Notes: generated by a model from the sequence alone, not told the origin. DNA of 32,000 bases from Candidatus Saccharimonadota bacterium (GCA_030429505.1 JAUIFI010000001.1:540001-572000), one strand, 5' to 3'. Shown: positions 16,464 through 23,734, counted from the stretch's first letter. Translations and numbers: made by a program.

Positions 16464-16856
16464 TCATTTCACAACCTGCAATACATTACTTTCACCCACA
16501 ACATCTTGAGTCTTAGGATGCAAAAATACAGCCTTAAAAAAATCTCCTTCTTGAATTTGACGATCTTCATCATAAGAAAATCTTTCCTCCAAAGCCCATA
16601 AAGGCACGTTCACTATGATACCAGAACCTTGCGACGAATCAAACACTCGAAAATCAATTTGAGGACAACCAAAAAGCAAAAGAAGACCTGGCATACGAGG
16701 ACACTCATCCTGCTCATTTAAAATACGATCACCGTCATAATCGATATCAGTTACAATTCCTGTAACTTGAGGAGCCACACGAGGCTGGGCATAAACCCAA
16801 GAAACAAAAAATCCCATAAACAAACCAGTAATCACGAAACTTCGTAGATAATTCAT
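16464..16856 (-). CDS. Small secreted protein with a thrombospondin type-3-like Ca-binding motif
   Basis: A signal peptide is present (MNYLRSFVITGLFMGFFVSWVYA). DIDYDGDRILNEQDECP fits the TSP3 pattern DxDxDGxxDxxDxCP. The stop lies 4 nt before the ATG of the downstream fusion gene. Confidence 0.65.
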   Translation of the reverse strand: MNYLRSFVITGLFMGFFVSWVYAQPRVAPQVTGIVTDIDYDGDRILNEQDECPRMPGLLLLFGCPQIDFRVFDSSQGSGIIVNVPLWALEERFSYDEDRQIQEGDFFKAVFLHPKTQDVVGESNVLQVVK

Positions 16857-16973
16857 AAATCAAAAAAGCAAATTCATCATATGCAAATAAATCTTTATCT
16901 CAAAGAAAAAAAAATTTTGCCTTCTCCCACTAACCGCCATACAATAAAGAAAATAAGCCTAAAATAAACACAC

Positions 16974-19250
16974 ATGAAAAAATGGTGGCTCTTCGGTCTC
17001 AGTCTCCTAGCTGTCGGAGGACTCGTTATCGCTAGCGATCCCCTACCTTTTCCCTTTACTCCAAATTTCCAAACTGGGGACTCATTTCCTATAGACGATG
17101 ACACCATTTATCCCAAAGCAGATTTTACTGGAGACCCTGAACAAGATAAAGAAGACATCACCCTGAAAAATCGAGTCACCGCAGCAGAATTCAACGAGCT
17201 CGTTAATACCATCAAAAACATCGTCACGACACTCGCAGACAATAGTGGCTACTGTCCAGATAATCAAGTAGTCGTTGGTATTGGACAAAACGGGCAAGTG
17301 TACTGTGGAAACGTTCCAGGCGGTGGAGGGGGAAGTAGTTTCAACTGTGGAGCAAACCTGACAGACTCTCGAGACTCACAGGTCTACGGCACAGTCTTGA
17401 TCGGTAGCCAATGTTGGATGAAAGAAAATCTCAATTACGATGCTAGTGGAAACAATGATTGGTGTTACAACAACAACAGCACCAACTGCGATACCTACGG
17501 TCGACTATACACTTGGAATACCGCTATGGACGGATCAAGTAGTAGTACATCCAACCCCAGCAATGTCCAAGGCATATGCCCTTCCGGTTGGCATCTTCCG
17601 AGTCAGAGCGAATGGGAACAACTCCAAACACATCTCAATACCAACAATATCAAAGGAGGAGCTCTTAAAGAAAGTGGTACCACACACTGGATGTCTCCCA
17701 ACCTCGGAGCTACCAATAGCACCGACTTCACCGGACTCGGTGGTGGAGCCTATACCGGTAGCATATTTAGCGGAATTACCGAAGTCGGAAATTTCTGGAG
17801 TGCTACTGAAATTCCACCATCCAACGCGCACGGACGATATCTCATGTATACTGCCGAAGAACTTCTTTTCGTCGAAGCCCCAACCAATAATGGCTTCTCT
17901 GTTCGTTGTATCCTTGATCCAGGAGGCAATAATACCAGTACCTCAACCACCAGCACCAGTACGACAACTTCAACCGGTACCGGAACTGCCACAGGTACTG
18001 GAACAGCCACCGGAACTGGTACTGGAGATAGCTCTGACTTCATGTGTAAACCTCCCACTGCCCCAGAAAACGATGGAGCAGGAAACAACATCCTCGTTCC
18101 ATCTCCACAAAAAACACCTTCTCAAGAAGACCAACCCTGGCAAACCACCGACCCTAGTGCCCCATGTTTCTTCTGCTGCACAGGATATGTGACAGATACG
18201 AATGGAAATGGACAAATAGATGACTATGACACCGTCGATAGCACAAAATGTAAAAATCAAGACATTATTGATCTCATGAAACTCATAGAAGACCTCATTG
18301 ATCATTTAGAGGGAAAAGACTGGCCCAGCGCTCAAAGTATCCGAGACGATCTCGTCACCGACCTCAAAGCTCTCCTCAAAAATTTACAAGATTCTCTCCA
18401 ACAAAATTCAAAATTCAAATTAACTCCAGCAAAGATTGAAATACTCAAAAATAAAATAAATGAAACTAAAACCACTATAAATAACAGTGGTAGTAATAAC
18501 AGTTATGAGACTATCGTTAAATTTATGGATATCTTCCGCGGTCCACTCTATCCAACGAGTATTCCTCCTATGCCACAAATAAAAGAATTCGACACTAAAA
18601 GTGAAGCTGAAGATCTTTTAGGAATAAATCCTGGAAAAGAAGAAAATACAGGAATATTTGAATTATTCGGCGGAAATCAAAGATTTTTATCACAAAATGA
18701 TGAGGGAAAATGGCAGATTACTCGTCTCCTTAATGGAGGAATACCCTCTCAATCTACAGTAGAAGGATTCTTTAAAACAGATTTACGAGACACGGAACTC
18801 TCCTACGATAGTCGCCCAGGAGTCAAACAATGTACCAGTTGCGCTAAAATTCCAAAAAGTCAATTAGGATCTCTAGATATACTAAATAAAAGCCGAGGTA
18901 CTCCTAATCAAGCCAATCAAGGCTGGCAAAGTAAAGATCCTAACGGACCATGCTATATTAGTTGCCTAGAGCCTGGAAAAGTATGGAATCCAGACACAAA
19001 TCAATGTGAGGATCCCGCCTGTGCATCACCGCAACCTTCTCTCTGCTTCCAAACAGGCTATATCTGTGAATACGGAAATCCAACCGATGCCAATCAACCT
19101 TGGAAACACATATCAGAAGTAGGAGTCCCCAGCTGTACTTATAAATGCGACGAAGCCGCCGGATACAACTGGATCCCTGATTCTAGTAATCCAGACGGAG
19201 GAACATGTGAACGCCCAGGAGGTGGTTCAGCCTTCGGTGGAGATATATAA
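16974..19250 (+). CDS. Secreted multidomain protein with a Fibrobacter succinogenes major paralogous (FISUMP) domain and a Cys-motif repeat tail
   Basis: A signal peptide is present. The FISUMP-type pattern spans about 17338-17915 (CGANLTDSRDSQVYGTVLIGSQCWMKENLNY...YGRLYTWNTAM...ICPSGWHLPSQSEWEQL...FWSATE...GFSVRCI). A Thr/Ser/Gly linker follows. Three copies of a (D/N)Q(P/G)W-x(5-8)-P-x(0-1)-C-x(3)-C...C motif lie at about 18124-18260, 18906-19015 and 19081-19218. Confidence 0.85.
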   Translation: MKKWWLFGLSLLAVGGLVIASDPLPFPFTPNFQTGDSFPIDDDTIYPKADFTGDPEQDKEDITLKNRVTAAEFNELVNTIKNIVTTLADNSGYCPDNQVVVGIGQNGQVYCGNVPGGGGGSSFNCGANLTDSRDSQVYGTVLIGSQCWMKENLNYDASGNNDWCYNNNSTNCDTYGRLYTWNTAMDGSSSSTSNPSNVQGICPSGWHLPSQSEWEQLQTHLNTNNIKGGALKESGTTHWMSPNLGATNSTDFTGLGGGAYTGSIFSGITEVGNFWSATEIPPSNAHGRYLMYTAEELLFVEAPTNNGFSVRCILDPGGNNTSTSTTSTSTTTSTGTGTATGTGTATGTGTGDSSDFMCKPPTAPENDGAGNNILVPSPQKTPSQEDQPWQTTDPSAPCFFCCTGYVTDTNGNGQIDDYDTVDSTKCKNQDIIDLMKLIEDLIDHLEGKDWPSAQSIRDDLVTDLKALLKNLQDSLQQNSKFKLTPAKIEILKNKINETKTTINNSGSNNSYETIVKFMDIFRGPLYPTSIPPMPQIKEFDTKSEAEDLLGINPGKEENTGIFELFGGNQRFLSQNDEGKWQITRLLNGGIPSQSTVEGFFKTDLRDTELSYDSRPGVKQCTSCAKIPKSQLGSLDILNKSRGTPNQANQGWQSKDPNGPCYISCLEPGKVWNPDTNQCEDPACASPQPSLCFQTGYICEYGNPTDANQPWKHISEVGVPSCTYKCDEAAGYNWIPDSSNPDGGTCERPGGGSAFGGDI
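17976..18029 (+). repeat. 3 x 18-nt in-frame tandem repeat encoding GTGTAT/GTGTAT/GTGTGD inside a Thr/Ser/Gly linker (17931-18026)
   Basis: The three units are ggtaccggaactgccaca, ggtactggaacagccacc and ggaactggtactggagat, read directly from the sequence. Confidence 0.7.
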
Positions 19251-19275
19251 AATCTAAAAAACATCATTTATCAAA

Positions 19276-19310
19276 GATCGGTCTTCAAAAATAAAAAGAC
19301 CGGTCTTTTC
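19276..19310 (+). terminator. Rho-independent terminator of the 758-aa gene
   Basis: A 10-bp stem (GATCGGTCTT / AAGACCGGTC, one G-U pair) with a 10-nt loop is followed by TTTTCTC. Confidence 0.7.
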
Positions 19311-19368
19311 TCTAGGAAGATCAGTGCTTGTATAAAAAGTTCTCTTCCAGAAAAGAATCTTATCGCTC

Positions 19369-19488
19369 AACCCCCTTCATCCCCCTTTCTAAGTGGGACA
19401 AATCAATACAAATAGCCATCACACAAGTTCTCCCCTTTGTAAGGGGAGTTAGAGGGGTTTACACAAAGCTCCTCCCTTACGAAGGAAA
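19369..19488 (+). repeat. Upstream block of three G/C-core hairpin motifs (A, B, C) flanking the DUF559 gene
   Basis: Motif A is 19369-19403 (aacccccttcatccccctttctaagtgggacaaa). Motif B is 19430-19461 (ctcccctttgtaaggggagttagaggggttta), with an 8-bp stem and a 3-nt loop. Motif C is 19472-19488 (ctcccttacgaaggaaa). Each has a counterpart downstream of the gene. Confidence 0.6.
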
Positions 19489-19570
19489 GCTGAGTAGTTT
19501 TTCCTTCTATATGAAAAAAACATGAATCCAACTCTCGCACCCCCACAAAACAAAAACTAAAATACCACAA

Positions 19571-19945
19571 ATGTTTATTTATTTCCGACCAGACTTAAAA
19601 AACAAAGCACAAAAAAATAGAAAACAAATAAGTACTCCAGAAAAAAAGATATGGTACGAAATACTCTCCAACAAAAAATTAGGCTACAAGTTTTTACGAC
19701 AAAAGCCAATAGAAATATATATCCTCGATTTTTATTGCTCCAAACTCAAGCTTGCCATCGAGATAGACGGAGACACACACTCCTTTCAAGAACAATACGA
19801 TAAAAACAGAACGCAAATACTTCAAAAAAAACACAACATCAAAGTCATTCGCTACACAAACCATGAAGTTATGAAAAACATCCAAGGCGTATATGAAGAT
19901 CTAGTAGAAAAAATTAAGCAGAGGGAAAAAGAAGTCAGTATTTAG
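19571..19945 (+). CDS. DUF559 (Vsr-like) endonuclease-domain protein
   Basis: The sequence STPEKKIWYEILSNKKLGYKFLRQKPIEIYILDFYCSKLKLAIEIDGDTHSF...KNRTQILQKKHNIKVIRYTNHEV fits the DUF559 pattern (E..lW..lr....g.kFrRQ..ig.yi.DF.c....l.iE.DG..H). Length is 124 aa. Confidence 0.8.
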   Translation: MFIYFRPDLKNKAQKNRKQISTPEKKIWYEILSNKKLGYKFLRQKPIEIYILDFYCSKLKLAIEIDGDTHSFQEQYDKNRTQILQKKHNIKVIRYTNHEVMKNIQGVYEDLVEKIKQREKEVSI

Positions 19946-19948
19946 TAA

Positions 19949-20086
19949 AACCCCCTCAATCCCCCTTTTCAAGGGGGACAAACACGAGATAATTCACAAA
20001 GAAGACAAAATCACCAGAAAATACTCCCCTTCGTAAGAGGAATCCTTGCTTTCGCTCCCCTTTGCAAGGGGAGTTAGAGGGGTTTA
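19949..20086 (+). repeat. Downstream block of the same hairpin motifs (order A, C, B)
   Basis: Motif A is 19949-19982 (aaccccctcaatcccccttttcaagggggacaaa). Motif C is 20024-20042 (ctccccttcgtaagaggaa). Motif B is 20055-20086 (ctcccctttgcaaggggagttagaggggttta), which matches 19430-19461 at 31 of 32 positions. Confidence 0.65.
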
Positions 20087-20103
20087 ATAGTAAAACACAT
20101 ACA

Positions 20104-20142
20104 CAAAAAAAGCCCCACTTGCCATAAAGACAAACAGGGCTT
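20104..20142 (-). terminator. Candidate Rho-independent terminator of the T9SS-CTD gene
   Basis: The minus-strand RNA forms a roughly 14-bp stem including four G-U pairs (AAGCCCUGUUUGUC / GGCAAGUGGGGCUU) with a 5-nt loop, followed by a U-run. Confidence 0.5.
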
Positions 20143-20167
20143 GATTAACATTCAATTAACACAACCA

Positions 20168-21661
20168 CTAGTGCTTCACAAACGGAGAAATCCATTGTTC
20201 AGCGCCAGCATTGATATACACTACATACAGACCTCGTACAAAGCCATCACAGTCGATAACAACTCGTCCACTCTCAATCTTTGTCTCTATGACAAAGACC
20301 TGACCCAACTGATTCACTACCCGCACTTCTATGAGTCCGAGGAAATGATCAGGTAAGTCAATCGTTAAGCGATCAATTACCGGATTCGGATAAACATTCA
20401 ACTGCGATTGAGAAATCTCTTCCCAAACACTCGTTACCGTTGTATCCTTGATTGTTGCTACAGTAAAGGGAATCGAATCAGCGACAGAATATCTGCCTGG
20501 CTCGACCTTGTAAATAGTAGCAACAAAGTCTCCATCCGACATAAAATCAACAACTTCAAAGTCACTGTCTATCCTGTAGCGAGGAATTTCCACTGTCCCG
20601 TCTTTACGAAAAATTTCAAAGTATTTTTCCACAACCCTCTGAGTCCTAAAATCAAACTCGAATGTCAAAGTTCTGTCGACCTCTGACTCAAAGAATTCTT
20701 GAGTAATCGGCGGAACCGAAGGGGCTTGACGTATAGAAATACGAGGAGGATTAATATACGTGATACCCGAAGCATCTCCTGCAATAAACATCCAGTCATA
20801 TCCCTCATGGGAGGGGTATGTAAATCCATGTTCGATATGAACAAGAAACTCTGGTTCTGCAGAAAATCCAATGTATCCCTTCATCGATTCCCAAGGAATC
20901 GATACCTGCCAGTCATTCAACGCCAAAACCCTTGCCGAAAAGATTCTCTTACCATTACTGTGTAAACGAACCCACTGATTATTCGAATCAAGACGCGGAT
21001 GGCTCCGAAAAGCCTCTTCCATTTCCGATTTAAGATCGATCAAAAATTCTGTTCCCTTAAGAACAAATGCTGGAGATGGAGATATCAACACCGGGTTGTC
21101 AAACGTCTCGTACAAAGTTATTTGTCCGAGACGATGCGTCACCGTCTCGTTGGCAAACACCCTGATGTGAGTTTCATACTCACCTGGAGGAACCGAGCTT
21201 CCAGGAAAACTTCTCATCCGCTCATAGTATCCGACGGTGTCACCATCTTCTATCACGATATTAACATCGTGATCATAAAAGTCGAACAAGAGAATCCTCG
21301 GAATAGCTCCACTCGACAGAAAAATCTCAAATCCCGTTCCATGAGACTTCATCCATCTCATAAAATCGGCGTTAAAAAAAAGACGAAACTCAACCTCAGT
21401 ATCCAATGCAATACTATCCTCCCATCCTGGAGAAAGCTGCGCTATGTCTAAACCAGATTGAATCTGATCACCAGCCTTCAACTTAAAAGGCAACGAAGCA
21501 TTCTCAACCAAGACACCTTTCCCTCCTTTTTCAGTGTATATAACACTCATTTTCTCTTGAAGGGAATCTGGAAGAACATCCTCCATTGACACATATGCAG
21601 CAAACAAGGGCGAGCAAAGCAACATCATAAAAGATGCCACTACCAAGAGTCGTAAATTCAT
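20168..21661 (-). CDS. Secreted protein with a T9SS type-A (Por_Secre_tail-like) C-terminal sorting domain
   Basis: A signal peptide is present (MNLRLLVVASFMMLLCSPLFAA). The last 77 aa (nt 20171-20401) are LNVYPNPVIDRLTIDLPDHFLGLIEVRVVNQLGQVFVIETKIESGRVVIDCDGFVRGLYVVYINAGAEQWISPFVKH. This fits the T9SS CTD pattern (YPNP...l.i......v.v.n.lGq.v......g...id...l..GlY.v.i........k.vK). The roughly 400-aa body is unassigned. Confidence 0.8.
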   Translation of the reverse strand: MNLRLLVVASFMMLLCSPLFAAYVSMEDVLPDSLQEKMSVIYTEKGGKGVLVENASLPFKLKAGDQIQSGLDIAQLSPGWEDSIALDTEVEFRLFFNADFMRWMKSHGTGFEIFLSSGAIPRILLFDFYDHDVNIVIEDGDTVGYYERMRSFPGSSVPPGEYETHIRVFANETVTHRLGQITLYETFDNPVLISPSPAFVLKGTEFLIDLKSEMEEAFRSHPRLDSNNQWVRLHSNGKRIFSARVLALNDWQVSIPWESMKGYIGFSAEPEFLVHIEHGFTYPSHEGYDWMFIAGDASGITYINPPRISIRQAPSVPPITQEFFESEVDRTLTFEFDFRTQRVVEKYFEIFRKDGTVEIPRYRIDSDFEVVDFMSDGDFVATIYKVEPGRYSVADSIPFTVATIKDTTVTSVWEEISQSQLNVYPNPVIDRLTIDLPDHFLGLIEVRVVNQLGQVFVIETKIESGRVVIDCDGFVRGLYVVYINAGAEQWISPFVKH

Positions 21662-22052
21662 ACTAGATCTCCGTATAGTTTATGTTGTTCTTGTTTCGGT
21701 TTTTACCGTACCTCTAACGATAATAAATATCATCACAGAAACGGCAAAAACCGTGTATATCTCATATATGCTAATCGAAATGTCAAAGAGCACACCTCAC
21801 TTTCGTGTTTTTTACAAAGATACCGAAATGAAGTCGTACATCTACTTCCTTTATAGCACAGATCTTTACAAAAATCAAATATATTATTAAATGATTTTAA
21901 TAAAAGTCAATGGGCGACATAAAAAATAAATAAACCACCCCCAAAGTGCTATCTAGGAGTTTCAAAGAACACTCTCTCATGCCCTAAAACAAAACCATAT
22001 CTCATACGCTTCCCCTCCGCCTCTATTCATAATAAAAGCCTCAAAAAAAAGC

Positions 22053-22092
22053 AAGAAAAAAAAGCCCTGTATTTTAAACAACCATACAAGGA
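22053..22092 (-). terminator. Candidate Rho-independent terminator of the DUF721-like gene
   Basis: The minus-strand RNA reads CCUUGUA-(13 nt)-UACAGGG followed by C and U8, starting 30 nt after the stop codon. Confidence 0.4.
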
Positions 22093-22121
22093 TCTTGATC
22101 TTCAACACAACTCTCTTACTC

Positions 22122-22433
22122 TTACCTTTGTATACCCCTTACAATCCGAATCTCATCTATACACACATTATCGGGCCAATCCATATTTCTCACTACCTCC
22201 AAAATCTCATACGTCTTCAAGAAAAGAGCTGAAGCCGCTGCTGAGTTTTGTACACGCACAAACAAAACACCATCTCTAAATTTATCAGGCAACCAAACTT
22301 CCGCAAATTCAGGAAATTCAGACACAAAAAAAGACCTCATCCTCTCACATACCAAGGATGCCTGAGCTTGATGTCCCAACTTATATTTCTGAGCCGCTAA
22401 AAACAAAAAATCACCCGCCTTCTCAAAACTCAT
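22122..22433 (-). CDS. DUF721 / DciA-like protein (103 aa)
   Basis: The pattern ...AEVWLPDKFRDGVLFVRVQNSAAASALFLKTYEILEVVRNM...IDEIRIV resembles the DUF721 core (p..f.dG.L.v.v.ssa.a.eL......il..ln......i..i.i). The assignment comes from motif memory only. Confidence 0.55.
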   Translation of the reverse strand: MSFEKAGDFLFLAAQKYKLGHQAQASLVCERMRSFFVSEFPEFAEVWLPDKFRDGVLFVRVQNSAAASALFLKTYEILEVVRNMDWPDNVCIDEIRIVRGIQR

Positions 22434-22505
22434 AAAAAAATATCAAATGCATCTCCTTTTTAACATTTTTAACCCTTTACGCCAAACATTCTCTTGATAC
22501 TCAAA

Positions 22506-22709
22506 TTACTCGTTTAAAAAAACAAATCTCTGTACCATCTTTCCATCCTTCTCCACCATTTCCATCCACATACGCTTGGGACGACGCCAGAGAGAATCAT
22601 CCCGAAGCTGCTTATAAACAATCAAATCTTCTAAAGTTTCCGAATGCCTTGCCTCAAATAAAACTTCATACATCCCACCTTTATAGTGCTGATAAAACCC
22701 TTTTTTCAT
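22506..22709 (-). CDS. DUF1653 family protein (67 aa)
   Basis: YQHYKGGMYEVLFEARHSETLEDLIVYKQL...WRRPKRMWMEMV...QRFVFL fits the DUF1653 signature (Y.HYKG..Y.v...a.hsEt.e..VvY......w.RP..mf...v....RF). Confidence 0.75.
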   Translation of the reverse strand: MKKGFYQHYKGGMYEVLFEARHSETLEDLIVYKQLRDDSLWRRPKRMWMEMVEKDGKMVQRFVFLNE

Positions 22710-22939
22710 AATCTAAATATAGCTACAACAGAAAGAAAAAGACAAACAAATACACATAAATCAAAGACGGGTGCCGCGAGCCAAAACTTTGACCAACGAC
22801 ACCCTCAGGAGCAAACACATCTTCGAATAACAAAAAGTTTTCTTACCGCAACCCTGCAGTAGAAGTGATCTCACTCGTTATGGAAAATATCATTCACTCT
22901 ACCCCCTTTATACAGAAAATAAAAAAAATGTCAATTTTC

Positions 22940-23734
22940 CTAACACCCCACACACACTAATAATCCTCCACCCAAAACAAAACAATACAGAGCAAACCAA
23001 ATCCAATTCTTTCTTACTAATGCCATCATCCACTTAATAGCCAATAAAGCGACTAGAAAAGAAACAAAATAAGCCAACCCCTTTTCAAAAGAAAAATCAA
23101 CCAACAGTCCATACTCACGAATCGCAAAAACCAATGCCCCCACAATCGTAGGAATTGCCAACAAAAAAGAAATTTCTGCTGATTTTTTTCGCTCAATCCC
23201 CCACCAGATCAAAAACGCAATCGTTAAGCCAGACCGAGATATACCAGGGATAACAGCAAATCCCTGTATCAATCCCAAAAGAAAGGCTACTTTCCATGTA
23301 AAATTCCTTTCTTTCTCAGGTCGAAATTTTTCCGCCCCCCAAATGAAAAATCCCGTCAAAAGAAGCATCATTCCTACGCTCTTCAATGTCAAAAAAAACT
23401 CAAATCGAGACTCAATCAACAAAGCTACCGGAACAGTAGCTACCGTTGCTAAAGCCAGATGCCAGCCAAATTTTCTATTTTCATTGGCATCTTGATCCAT
23501 AGAAACATTTCTGAAAAAACCAAAAAACATTTCTCTCAAAATCACCACTATCCGTTTCCAAAAAATCACCACTACTGCCAATAAACTCGCCCCATGCAAA
23601 CCAATTTCAAATGCCAAATCAGGCATCCCCCCCAAAAGATATTCCATCAAGAAAATATGCCCACTCGAAGAAATCGGCAAAAATTCTGTCGCCCCCTGCA
23701 TCACTCCAAAAACAAAATACTCTATAAATCCCAT
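22940..23734 (-). CDS. uppP: Undecaprenyl-diphosphate phosphatase (BacA/UppP)
   Basis: The N-terminal signature is GVMQGATEFLPISSSGHIFL and the second conserved motif is GFAVIPGISRSGLTI. The protein is polytopic, 264 aa. Confidence 0.92.
   Translation of the reverse strand: MGFIEYFVFGVMQGATEFLPISSSGHIFLMEYLLGGMPDLAFEIGLHGASLLAVVVIFWKRIVVILREMFFGFFRNVSMDQDANENRKFGWHLALATVATVPVALLIESRFEFFLTLKSVGMMLLLTGFFIWGAEKFRPEKERNFTWKVAFLLGLIQGFAVIPGISRSGLTIAFLIWWGIERKKSAEISFLLAIPTIVGALVFAIREYGLLVDFSFEKGLAYFVSFLVALLAIKWMMALVRKNWIWFALYCFVLGGGLLVCVGC

Noticed and set aside
16895-17107. A 70-aa minus-strand ORF overlapping the start of the 758-aa gene, and the 965-1210 plus-strand ORF spanning the gap between the pilin paralogs.
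   Set aside because: Both overlap better-supported genes or a conserved promoter region. They are basic or low-complexity and have no independent support.
17440-18192. A 250-aa same-strand ORF in an alternative frame inside the 758-aa gene.
   Set aside because: The FISUMP-domain homology and the signal peptide are in the main frame. The alternative-frame product is Pro/Thr/Val-rich with no recognisable motif, and it is partly a by-product of the Thr/Ser/Gly repeat DNA.
19328-19525. A 65-aa ORF upstream of the DUF559 gene (STPFIPLSKWDK...LPFVRGVRGV).
   Set aside because: It is simply the translation of the hairpin repeat block. The matching downstream block is not in an ORF, so the conserved unit is the DNA/RNA motif, not a peptide.
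19369-20086. Could the repeated GC-rich hairpins be a small CRISPR array?
   Set aside because: There are only two copies of each motif, in different order on the two sides. They are separated by a protein-coding gene rather than regular ~30-nt spacers, and no cas genes are present in the window.
20168-21661. A claim that the T9SS-CTD gene has deviant GC content indicating horizontal transfer.
   Set aside because: Hand counts of a few 60-nt samples gave about 40-53% here versus about 27-58% in other genes. That variation is too noisy to support any statement. A proper windowed GC and codon-usage calculation is required.
22760-22835. A possible tRNA or SRP RNA in the uppP-DUF1653 spacer, suggested by a TTCGAAT T-loop-like motif and a GC-rich core.
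   Set aside because: I could not build an acceptor stem or cloverleaf around the motif, and the conserved SRP domain IV sequences (e.g. GGAAG/AGCAG context) are absent. It is kept only as a low-interest unexplained element.
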